This document shows positions 1 to 8,090 of a stretch of 35,036 nucleotides of DNA, one piece after another. Made by a program: the position numbers and the translations under genes. This DNA is from Deferribacterales bacterium (GTDB lineage Bacteria; Chrysiogenota; Deferribacteres; Deferribacterales; Geovibrionaceae), in the NCBI GenBank assembly GCA_050251875.1, contig JBFWMA010000013.1, positions 1-35,036 on the forward strand, in the 5' to 3' direction. The notes below the pieces were generated by a model. The model was not told where the DNA came from, made no database searches, and saw only the letters and a list, made by a program, of their open reading frames with translations. Numbering within the stretch: position 1 is the stretch's first letter; each line of letters starts with the position of its first letter.

Positions 1-214
1 AGAAAAAGTCTCCTTGATGTAATTGTTATTGGAAAATCAATATACCATCTATGTGAGACTTTTTCTATTGTTATCCTAGCTATAACAACAAGTTATCGCA
101 CTATATCAAGATGCGAAACTTGAGTTACTAACAATAATAATACACTCTTCACAGAAAAAAACCTGTAAAATCATTTGACTTGTTTTTTTGCCCGATTTGA
201 AATAACAATATTAG

Positions 215-3200
215 ATGAAATTTAAAGCGCTAACAGTACAGGGATTCAAATCTTTCGTCGACAAGACCGTCATAGAGTTCCCCGGCGGCATTACCTGCGT
301 CATAGGTCCGAACGGCTCCGGAAAGAGCAATATTCTGGACGCCATACGCTGGATTTTCGGCGAACAGAGCGCGAAAGAACTGCGGGGCGCGGACATGGAC
401 GATGTAGTCTTCGCCGGTTCCCAGCACAGAAAGGCGTCCGGCTTCGCCGAGGTGTCTCTCACCCTGTCTGACCTGCCCGAAAGCCTCACAACAAAATGGG
501 GCTCATTCAGCGAAATCACCGTATCCAGAAAACACTACCGCTCCGGCGAAAGAGAATACAGAATCAACGGCAAAAAATGCCGTCTGAAAGATATCCGTGA
601 GATATTCTATGACTCCGGTCTGGGCGCTAAAAGCATATCCATCATAGAACAGGGCAAGGTGGACAAGATAATCCAGTCCACTCCGGAAGACCTGCGCTCT
701 TTCTTTGAGGAGACAGCGGGTGTCATGCGCTTCAAAGAGGGCAAAAAAGACGCCGAAAGACGCCTGAGCCAGACCAAAGACAACCTGAGCCGTGTCACCG
801 ACATCTTAGCGGAGATCAGAGGACAGCTCGAAACCCTGACTCTTCAGGCGGAAAAAGTCAGAAGATACAGAGATCTGGCATCCAGACAGGGCGTCCTGCA
901 AAAAGCAGTCATCTTTCAGAGATACAAGAAATCATTCGAAGACCTGTCGCAGATAATAGAAACTGTTAATAATCTTAAAATAACTCTTTCCACTAAAACG
1001 GAAAAATTCACAAAACTCACCAACGCAGAAACAGAAATGCGCCAGAAAGCGGCTGAACTGAGAAAACAGTTCAATCAGGCAAACGATATGATACTTCAGG
1101 CGGAGACGGAATCCGGTAAAGCGGAAGCGGACATCAGGCTTCTGGAGCAGGAGATAGAGGCGGCGGAAAAGAGCAAAGATACCCTGCATTCCGACATAGA
1201 GTTTCTTCAGAAAAAACTGACTGAACTCACCGACAGACGAGTGGAAATACTCCAGACAAAAGCTGAACACACAGAAAAAATATCATCCATCCAGGAAAAA
1301 ATAGACGAGATAGAAGAGAAGATCAGCGGATATGAAACCATGCGTGAGGATATCAAGGAAGAGCTGTTCGCCGCCGATGACGAATATCTGAAATGCGCTC
1401 ACAGAGCGTCAGAAACCAGAAACGCCATCTTCGAGAACGAAACCCTCCTGACCCGGTATGCCAAAGACGTGGAAAGGCTGAAGAGCGAAAAAGACGAGAG
1501 CGTCCGTGACAACGAGTTCGCCCTCAGCAACATAGCCCAGATGGAACAGGACATAAAAAATCTGGCGATCGATATAGAATCCATAGAAGACACCATCGGC
1601 GACTACATCGAAAAATATTCCGAGCTGAAAGAGGAGATATCCTTTCTGGAAGCGAAAACAGCAGAGAAGAAGCTGGAGGCGAAAACAGCCCACAGCCGTC
1701 TGGAAATGCTGGAAAACAGGCTGAAGGCAGAATCAGCCGGACAGGACAACACCAGACTGATGGAAAAATTCAGCGGAAAGCTGATTCTGGACAGGCTCAC
1801 ACCCGTTCTGGTGAGGGAATACGGCGATATAATCGTTTTTCCGTCCGGTGTTAAAGAAGAGCTCTTCGCCGAGCTGGACACTGTGAAGCAGTCAGTCCGG
1901 TTCATATTCGATTCCGACACGAATCAGTTTCTGAAAAACGCCGAAGCCAGCGTGTCTTCAAACGGCTCGGTCATCATCAACGGTCTGATACACAGAAAAG
2001 CCGGAGCGGACGACAAACGTGAGGCGGTTCTGAGGCTTCAGACAGACATAACAAAATGCAGAACAGAGCTGGAAGACGCCGAGACAGCCCTCTCCGGTCT
2101 GGAAGAACAGCTTCCGGAGATGGTGGACAGGCTGGAGATAATCTCTGATAAAAAAGACGAGCTGAACGAACAGAAACAGTCGCTCACTCTGGATATGAAA
2201 GACAAGGAACGCAGTCTGACCGACATAAAACAGCGCCGTGAGCGCATGGAAAAACGGGCAGAGATCATAGAAAGCGAGATTAAGAGCATCACTCAGGAGA
2301 TAGCACGCTCCGAGGAAAAGATCGAGCTCTATACCAAACAGAATAAAGAACTGTCCGCCCAGATGGCTGAAGCTGAGCAGAAGAAAGAAGACCTGAACAG
2401 CCGGCTGGAAGATATCGACAGCATGTACGAAGACGTACGGGATGAACACTCCGCCTATAAAGTGGAGCTGAGAGGTATTCAGGAGAATATAAACTCCGCC
2501 GTCCGGGAGCTGTCTTTCATAGACAAAGACATCTCAGAATCCACCATAAAGCAGAACGCCGCCAAAAACAGGCTTTCACAGCTTCTCACATCCGACATCG
2601 TAAACCTCAGAGACAGGCTGGAAAAACGCAAAGACGACTATCAGAACATCATCAAAAAAAGAACCATACTGAAAGATGAAAAATTCCGTATGGACGCAGA
2701 AATAGCCGAAACTGAAAAAATTCTGGAAGAAACAGGCAGAGAGATAGATAAATTCAATCTGGACATCAGAGGCGTGGAAGACGACATCTTTGACGCTGAA
2801 AAGAAAAAAGAGCGTTTTGAGGCGGATATATCCAACCTCAGAGAAGCGTTTGAGGAAAAATTCCAGTCCAACATCGCCGATTTCGACATGGATATAGAAG
2901 ATTTTAACCCGGCTAAGGCAAAATCTGACCTGTCCGGCATAGAAAGAGAGATAGACGAGCTGGGACCGCTGAACATGACAGCGGAAACAGAATACAACGA
3001 GATAAAAGAGCGCAACGAATTCCTCACGAACCAGAAACAGGATCTGGAAGAGGCTGTCGAAAGCATCCACGAGCTGATTAGAGAGATGGACGAAAACACC
3101 ACCGCCATCTTCACAGAGACGTTCGAAGGCGTTAAAAAGAACTTTACCCGTGTGTTCACCATTCTGTTCGGTCAGGGCAACTGCGACCTTACGCTGACCG

Positions 3201-3550
3201 ATCCGGAAGATGTTCTGAACAGCGGTGTCGAAATTTTCATACAGCCCCCCGGCAAGAGACTTCAGAACATGAACCTCATGTCCGGCGGAGAAAAGGCAAT
3301 GGGCGCATGCACGCTCCTGTTCGCCCTTTTCCTTTACCGCCCCACACCTTTCTGCTTTCTGGACGAGATAGACGCTCCTCTGGACGACAACAACATCGAC
3401 AGATTTCTGCGTGTGGTTCAGACGCTCTCCGCCGACACCCAGTTTGTCATCATCACCCACAACCAGAAAACCATGGCGGAAGCCGACTCCATATACGGCG
3501 TAACCATGCAGGAACCGGGGGTTTCGAGAATCCTGTCCGTGACAATTTGA
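215..3550 (+). CDS. smc: Chromosome segregation protein SMC
   Basis: 1111 aa; N-terminal GFKSF, Walker A GPNGSGKSN, long coiled coils, signature MSGGEK, Walker B/D-loop FCFLDEIDAPLD, C-terminal YGVTMQEPGVS. Confidence 0.97.
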   Translation: MKFKALTVQGFKSFVDKTVIEFPGGITCVIGPNGSGKSNILDAIRWIFGEQSAKELRGADMDDVVFAGSQHRKASGFAEVSLTLSDLPESLTTKWGSFSEITVSRKHYRSGEREYRINGKKCRLKDIREIFYDSGLGAKSISIIEQGKVDKIIQSTPEDLRSFFEETAGVMRFKEGKKDAERRLSQTKDNLSRVTDILAEIRGQLETLTLQAEKVRRYRDLASRQGVLQKAVIFQRYKKSFEDLSQIIETVNNLKITLSTKTEKFTKLTNAETEMRQKAAELRKQFNQANDMILQAETESGKAEADIRLLEQEIEAAEKSKDTLHSDIEFLQKKLTELTDRRVEILQTKAEHTEKISSIQEKIDEIEEKISGYETMREDIKEELFAADDEYLKCAHRASETRNAIFENETLLTRYAKDVERLKSEKDESVRDNEFALSNIAQMEQDIKNLAIDIESIEDTIGDYIEKYSELKEEISFLEAKTAEKKLEAKTAHSRLEMLENRLKAESAGQDNTRLMEKFSGKLILDRLTPVLVREYGDIIVFPSGVKEELFAELDTVKQSVRFIFDSDTNQFLKNAEASVSSNGSVIINGLIHRKAGADDKREAVLRLQTDITKCRTELEDAETALSGLEEQLPEMVDRLEIISDKKDELNEQKQSLTLDMKDKERSLTDIKQRRERMEKRAEIIESEIKSITQEIARSEEKIELYTKQNKELSAQMAEAEQKKEDLNSRLEDIDSMYEDVRDEHSAYKVELRGIQENINSAVRELSFIDKDISESTIKQNAAKNRLSQLLTSDIVNLRDRLEKRKDDYQNIIKKRTILKDEKFRMDAEIAETEKILEETGREIDKFNLDIRGVEDDIFDAEKKKERFEADISNLREAFEEKFQSNIADFDMDIEDFNPAKAKSDLSGIEREIDELGPLNMTAETEYNEIKERNEFLTNQKQDLEEAVESIHELIREMDENTTAIFTETFEGVKKNFTRVFTILFGQGNCDLTLTDPEDVLNSGVEIFIQPPGKRLQNMNLMSGGEKAMGACTLLFALFLYRPTPFCFLDEIDAPLDDNNIDRFLRVVQTLSADTQFVIITHNQKTMAEADSIYGVTMQEPGVSRILSVTI

Positions 3551-3557
3551 TGTTGCT

Positions 3558-3977
3558 GGATTTTTTCCATCCATGGAAAAATCCCGATACCGTTCCATTC
3601 AGGCTAAGCCTTCATTACGCTTACTCTCCGTTCGTTCACTGAGCAAGCACAGCTCTCTCACTACGAGAACCACATCCTGTGTTTTGCAAAAATTCTTCCA
3701 TCCGTGGAGAATTTTTGATACCGCTACATTCAGGCTAACCCTTCATTACGCTTACTCTCCGTTCGTTCACTGAGCAAAGCACAGTTCTCTCACTACGAGA
3801 ACTCCATCCATGGAGTTAGTACTACATCATTGCGAGGAGCACCAGAAACGTGGCAATCTCCATGGAAAAATCCCGATACCGTTCCATTCAGGCTAAGCCT
3901 TCAGTACGCTTACTCTCCGTTCGTTCACTGAGCAAGCACAGCTCTCTCACTACGAGAACCACGTCATGTGGTTTCAT
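3558..3977. repeat. Three-copy intergenic repeat with ~85 bp conserved core and flanking hairpins
   Basis: Core GATACCG...TTACTCTCCGTTCGTTCACTGAGCAA(A)GCACAG...CACTACGAGAAC begins at 3586, 3717 and 3875; flanking hairpins have TCCA/TCCG/TCC/TCA loops. Confidence 0.95.
3827..3860 (+). repeat. Half copy of a CGTC-type (RPE-like) palindromic repeat
   Basis: TCATTGCGAGGAG...ACGTGGCAATCTC matches the left half of the element at 26069-26167. Confidence 0.75.
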
Positions 3978-4073
3978 TTCTTCCGTCAGTGGAGTTTAAT
4001 CCATCGTTACCCGAATTCACAAAATATAAATAATACTCTGTTATATTTTTGTAGAATATTATATCAAATAATA

Positions 4074-4102
4074 TTTACATCCAGCGTATTCAGAGCTATT
4101 AT
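4074..4102 (+). promoter_or_regulatory. Putative sigma70 promoter of the crotonase gene
   Basis: TTTACA-N17-TATTAT after an AT-rich tract; RBS GAGGTG at 4126-4131. Confidence 0.6.
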
Positions 4103-4136
4103 AGATAAAAATATGTTTTATTTATGAGGTGCTGAA

Positions 4137-4913
4137 ATGAGCGAACACGCAATTCTTACCGAAATAAAGGGTCACACCGGTATCATCACCCTCAACAGAC
4201 CGGAGGCGTACAACACCTTCAACACCGAGCTGGCGACACTGCTGAACAGCGCCCTGTCCTCTTTCGACCATAACAGCGCCGTCCGTGTGGTAGTCATCCG
4301 CAGCAACGGAAAGAACTATTCCACCGGAATAGACCTGAAAGAATTCAACGGCAGAGGGCTGGATGAATACATGGACTTCATCTCTCTGATGGACAGACAC
4401 AACCACACCATAGCGGAGATGAAAAAACCTGTTCTCTCCTCCGTACAGGGCTATTGTCTGGCTAACGGCGCCGGGCTCAGCTTCGCCTGTGATATGACAA
4501 TCGCCTCTGAGAGCGCAAAATTCGGCACCACAGCCATAAACGTTGGTCTGATATGCACCGGTCCCGGAATACCTCTGATAGCCAATGTAGGGCGGAAAAA
4601 AGCGATGGAGATGGTTCTGCTGGGGGATATGCTCACAGCCGCTCAGGCGTGTGATCTGGGTCTGGTGAACTGGGTTGTTCCGGACGAAGAGCTGGAGGCG
4701 AAAACATTCGAAATAGCCGACAGACTGGCGTCCAAAAGCCCGCTGGCGATAGCCGCCGGAAAGAGAGGTCTCAGCAACGGATACAACTCTCCCTACAGAG
4801 AGGCGGTTGATTTCGGAACAAAGATGTTCGCCACGCTCTGCGCCTCTGACGATGCCAAAGAGGGAGTGAAAGCCTTCATAGAAAAAAGAACTCCTGACTG
4901 GAAACTAAAATAA
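4137..4913 (+). CDS. Enoyl-CoA hydratase/isomerase (crotonase) family protein
   Basis: ITLNRPEAYN, STGIDLKE oxyanion motif, KKPVLSSVQG, GLVNWVV, DAKEGVKAFIEKRTP. Confidence 0.93.
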   Translation: MSEHAILTEIKGHTGIITLNRPEAYNTFNTELATLLNSALSSFDHNSAVRVVVIRSNGKNYSTGIDLKEFNGRGLDEYMDFISLMDRHNHTIAEMKKPVLSSVQGYCLANGAGLSFACDMTIASESAKFGTTAINVGLICTGPGIPLIANVGRKKAMEMVLLGDMLTAAQACDLGLVNWVVPDEELEAKTFEIADRLASKSPLAIAAGKRGLSNGYNSPYREAVDFGTKMFATLCASDDAKEGVKAFIEKRTPDWKLK

Positions 4914-4917
4914 TAAA

Positions 4918-4982
4918 GGCGGAGTGTAGAACCCCGCCCTACTTTAGACTTTGTACTGTAGGGCGGCATTTAATATGCCGCC
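4918..4982. repeat. Inverted pair of GTAG-type REP-like palindromes
   Basis: GGCGGAG-N7-CCCCGCC-CTAC (4918-4942, minus-strand REP) and GTAG-GGCGGCAT-TTAAT-ATGCCGCC (4958-4982) between convergent stop codons. Confidence 0.8.
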
Positions 4983-4990
4983 GCATCAAT

Positions 4991-6097
4991 CTATTTCACA
5001 GGTATGCCAAATCGTTTAGCCACCTCATCAGTGTCTATGTCCATGCCCATTCCGTGAGCATCCTTTACAATGTCCCATGAAGCCTCCGCCTCTGACTTCA
5101 GAACAAATTCCAGCCCGCAGTCGCCGCCGAAATTCAGCTCGCTGATCCACGCCACCAGTGTTCTACTCAAAGTCTCCGCCAGAGCCGCCGCAACCTTCCT
5201 GCTTTTGCTGTCCAGGGTCTTCTGGTGCTGAACAGACAGAGAATATGAGGCATTGGACGAAGTATCACTTGTAAGAACTTCTCCTGTAATAGCTTTTGAT
5301 ATCTCCATATTACACATCTGAACTAAATTATAAAAATCGTCCGATGTGCCCTTCGTCTCCAGCACCTGCACGCTGTCCACGTTGGCAAGAGCCACTGCGG
5401 CGTCATTCTGGATATTATACAGATTCTGCGCCAGCTCTTTCGCCCTTTCCCTGCCGTCTTCGTCATCCAGCGACTCGAAAAGCGCCAGCACGGTGGGCAC
5501 TCCGTATTTTTCCGCCACAGTCAGCCAATATCTGAACCCCGCCTTCTTAAACATCCACGGCCAGTAGCATTTCGAAAGCACGGGAGTTCCGTAAGGGTTT
5601 TCGTTCTTCGGGCTGTTGCGGTGGATTATAAACTTATATTTTTCATCCAGAGCGGTTCTGGCGTATCCGTCCATCAGCTGCAAACCGCCGTCCGTGTTGA
5701 AAGCGAACCTGTCCGCCCGCCTGCCCAGAGCGTCTTTCGGATACCACATGCCCTCTTTCAGCTCCCACACCAGCTCCACCACGCTGAATCCGTACTCTAT
5801 CGCCAGCATCATATCCCTCAGAAGACTGTTCACCCCCAGCGTCCTGAGCGCCTCTTTCACAAAAGCCGCCTTCTCATACGCCCTGTCGTCATCGCTCACG
5901 GGTTTTATATCCCAGCTCATGGAGAGTACGGAATCCTTTAACTGTTCCAGCTTTGCGTATATGTGGGCGTCCTGCGTCATCTCCTCGAAGACTGTCATAT
6001 TCACCCCGCTCTTGCCGAAAAGCACGTCAGGGTTAGGCATTATGCCGTTGATATTAAACGTGCTGTTTCCTGTCAGCACGCTTGTCAGTGTTTTCAT
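4991..6097 (-). CDS. Phage portal protein, DUF935 / Mu gp29-like
   Basis: 368 aa; EEMTQDAHI, AIEYGFSVVELVW, ENPYGTPVLSKCYWPWMFKK...WLTVAEKYGVP, CNMEISKAITGEVLT, ends FGIP; RBS GGAGG; directly downstream of terL. Confidence 0.9.
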   Translation of the reverse strand: MKTLTSVLTGNSTFNINGIMPNPDVLFGKSGVNMTVFEEMTQDAHIYAKLEQLKDSVLSMSWDIKPVSDDDRAYEKAAFVKEALRTLGVNSLLRDMMLAIEYGFSVVELVWELKEGMWYPKDALGRRADRFAFNTDGGLQLMDGYARTALDEKYKFIIHRNSPKNENPYGTPVLSKCYWPWMFKKAGFRYWLTVAEKYGVPTVLALFESLDDEDGRERAKELAQNLYNIQNDAAVALANVDSVQVLETKGTSDDFYNLVQMCNMEISKAITGEVLTSDTSSNASYSLSVQHQKTLDSKSRKVAAALAETLSRTLVAWISELNFGGDCGLEFVLKSEAEASWDIVKDAHGMGMDIDTDEVAKRFGIPVK

Positions 6098-6106
6098 ATC
6101 CGCCTC

Positions 6107-7507
6107 CTAATATCTGCTGAATATTTTATTAAAATTCCTGCCCTGTCCGGAACAGGAAGCCTTCGGAACATTCTTTGTCATCGAAACGCTCAGCGCCTGA
6201 GTCATGGCGTCCACCATGTCGTCATGCCTGCCGGATGGAAAATATCCCGCCTCTTCCGTGAGCATCTCGGAAAATTTTGCCCCACGCTTCAGAAAGACGT
6301 TGCCAGCCTCTATCAGCGGGCATACTGCGTTCGCCCTTGCTGTCTTGCCGCCTCTGGGGTTCACGGGGATCAGCCCCTGAACGCTCCCTTTCAGAGCGGA
6401 TATCACAGCCGGACCGTTCGCCTTGTCCTCGATGTATTTCGCGACCGCTTTCGGGTATTTTTCGCTAAGGTTTCTAAGCGCCGAGAGAGCGGACATAAAA
6501 TCCATCCGTCCACGCACCATATCCACCAGATATCTTTCCGCCCCTCTCACAGCCCATACCTGCCCCACCACATAGTCAGCCCCGGCGCTCTCCTTGAACG
6601 TCATATCCCACGACTGATACATCTGCTCTATGTCCGGCGGCAGTTCATCGTAATATCTCCACCACTCCCGGCGGAATATCACACCGCCCGCAGGAGCCGG
6701 TCTCTGCTGATACAGAGCGTTCCACACACGGGAACCCACGGCGGATTCCATCCTCTTCAGCGCTTCCGAGCCGTATTTATCCGCCCACAGAGGCTCGCCC
6801 GCCCTGCGGAATTCTTCGTCCTCCTCCGCCACAGCCGGAAAACAGACCACATCCCAGTCGTCCGTGTTCTGCTCCAGAAGCCTGCCCGCCAGATCGTCCT
6901 CGTGCCAGCGGGTGAGGATAACCAGTATCCGCCCGTTCTTCTCTATCCTCGTATACAGAGTGGACTGATACCACTCCCACACCTTTTCACGGTAAACGGC
7001 TGAGTCGGCGTCCTCCTGATTTTTAAAAGGGTCGTCCACGATCAGCAGATCGCCCCCCATGCCTGTGATGGAACCACCCACTCCGGCGGAGACATAGCCC
7101 CCGCCCCTGTTCGTCTCCCATCTGTTAGCCGCCTTAGCGCCGGACGAAAGCGACACGCTGTCAAATATCATCCCGAAGATCGGATCACCCACCAGATCTC
7201 TCACCCGCCGCCCGAAGATCTCCGCCAGTCTGGCGCTGTATGAAGCCGCTATCACCCGCTTATCCGGAAAATGTCCCAGAAACCATGCGGGGAACCGCAC
7301 GGAAGCCAGCTCCGATTTGCCGTGTCGGGGAGGCATCAGCACCATCAGGCGGTCTATCTCTCCGTTCATCAGCCGGGTAAGTTTTTCTGCCAGTATCCGG
7401 TGGTGCCAGTTGGGTCTGTATCCCTTCATAGTCAGCATGGCAAAAGGAATCAGCGATTCTTTCGCCTTTTTCACCGCCAGAATTTTTCCGAGGTTACTGT
7501 TCCGCAA
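6107..7507 (-). CDS. terL: Phage terminase large subunit
   Basis: 466 aa; Walker A MPPRHGKSE, Walker B LLIVDDP, TRWHEDDLAG, ALYQQRP, nuclease acidic motifs QSWD, IEDKANG, HDDMVDAMTQA; TTG start overlaps the terS end by 14 nt. Confidence 0.95.
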   Translation of the reverse strand: MRNSNLGKILAVKKAKESLIPFAMLTMKGYRPNWHHRILAEKLTRLMNGEIDRLMVLMPPRHGKSELASVRFPAWFLGHFPDKRVIAASYSARLAEIFGRRVRDLVGDPIFGMIFDSVSLSSGAKAANRWETNRGGGYVSAGVGGSITGMGGDLLIVDDPFKNQEDADSAVYREKVWEWYQSTLYTRIEKNGRILVILTRWHEDDLAGRLLEQNTDDWDVVCFPAVAEEDEEFRRAGEPLWADKYGSEALKRMESAVGSRVWNALYQQRPAPAGGVIFRREWWRYYDELPPDIEQMYQSWDMTFKESAGADYVVGQVWAVRGAERYLVDMVRGRMDFMSALSALRNLSEKYPKAVAKYIEDKANGPAVISALKGSVQGLIPVNPRGGKTARANAVCPLIEAGNVFLKRGAKFSEMLTEEAGYFPSGRHDDMVDAMTQALSVSMTKNVPKASCSGQGRNFNKIFSRY

Positions 7508-7940
7508 GTATCGCCCTTATATCCTCTTCCGCCAGATTCAGAAGTTCCGCCTGAAGCTCTGCCACGGGCGGTTTTGCTGTGTCTGCCGAGTCGAATATCT
7601 GTTCCGGCGACCTGCCGATGCAGATATCACGATAGTTTTTCACCGTTTTGGAGTGCAGTTCCACATCACGCAGGCTTTCGCACTCCGCCAGAAGATCGTC
7701 CGCCTTCTTCAGCCCCTCCATGGTGCTGGAGCATATCGCCTCCAGCATCAGCACACGGTGGGTTTTCAGCCTCCTGACAGTCCTGTCAGTTTCGGGTCTT
7801 TTCCACTGCTGTTTCGCCGCAGTTCTCTTCACCGTGGTCTCGCTGACGCTGTATTCTCTCGCCAGTTCCGCCAGATCATACAGTCCGTCCTCATAGTCTT
7901 TTTTCAGTTTGTCCCAGTTCACAGAACCAGTTTTTGACAT
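7494..7940 (-). CDS. terS: Putative phage terminase small subunit (N-terminal HTH)
   Basis: WDKLKKDYEDG..DLAELAREYSVSETTVKRTAAKQQW is an HTH typical of TerS N-termini; helical central part; directly upstream of terL; purine-rich RBS. Confidence 0.75.
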   Translation of the reverse strand: MSKTGSVNWDKLKKDYEDGLYDLAELAREYSVSETTVKRTAAKQQWKRPETDRTVRRLKTHRVLMLEAICSSTMEGLKKADDLLAECESLRDVELHSKTVKNYRDICIGRSPEQIFDSADTAKPPVAELQAELLNLAEEDIRAILAEQ

Positions 7941-8034
7941 CCTCTTCTCCGTATTTTTTCTTGGGATTTTAATGGAATTTTGCGTGGAATATGTTTAAGA
8001 CTGAGGGCTTTATTTGACAATCAACACACCTTGC

Positions 8035-8062
8035 TTGCATTGGAGACAGCTTCTGTTATAAT
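8035..8062 (+). promoter_or_regulatory. Putative sigma70 promoter of the fic-ROK operon
   Basis: TTGCAT-N16-TATAAT with extended -10 TGnTATAAT (8054-8062). Confidence 0.7.
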
Positions 8063-8090
8063 AGTTTAAACATTTTTGAGCGGGGTTCTT

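Noticed and set aside
2576..3598. Long antisense ORFs (e.g. 2576-3598, 5963-7003, 17533-18255, 28338-29225)
   Set aside because: They are shadows of well-supported genes on the opposite strand and have no recognisable motifs.
3550..3773. Small peptides encoded by the repeats (MLLDFFHPWKNPDTVPFRLSLHYAYSPFVH, whose ATG overlaps the smc stop; also ORF 3573-3773)
   Set aside because: Differences between copies are mostly non-synonymous, and those in the flanking hairpin preserve base pairing; copies 2 and 3 lack an equivalent start and RBS.
3558..3995. CRISPR array
   Set aside because: The repeats are ~85 bp, the linkers are self-complementary and related to each other instead of unique spacers, and there are no cas genes in the window.
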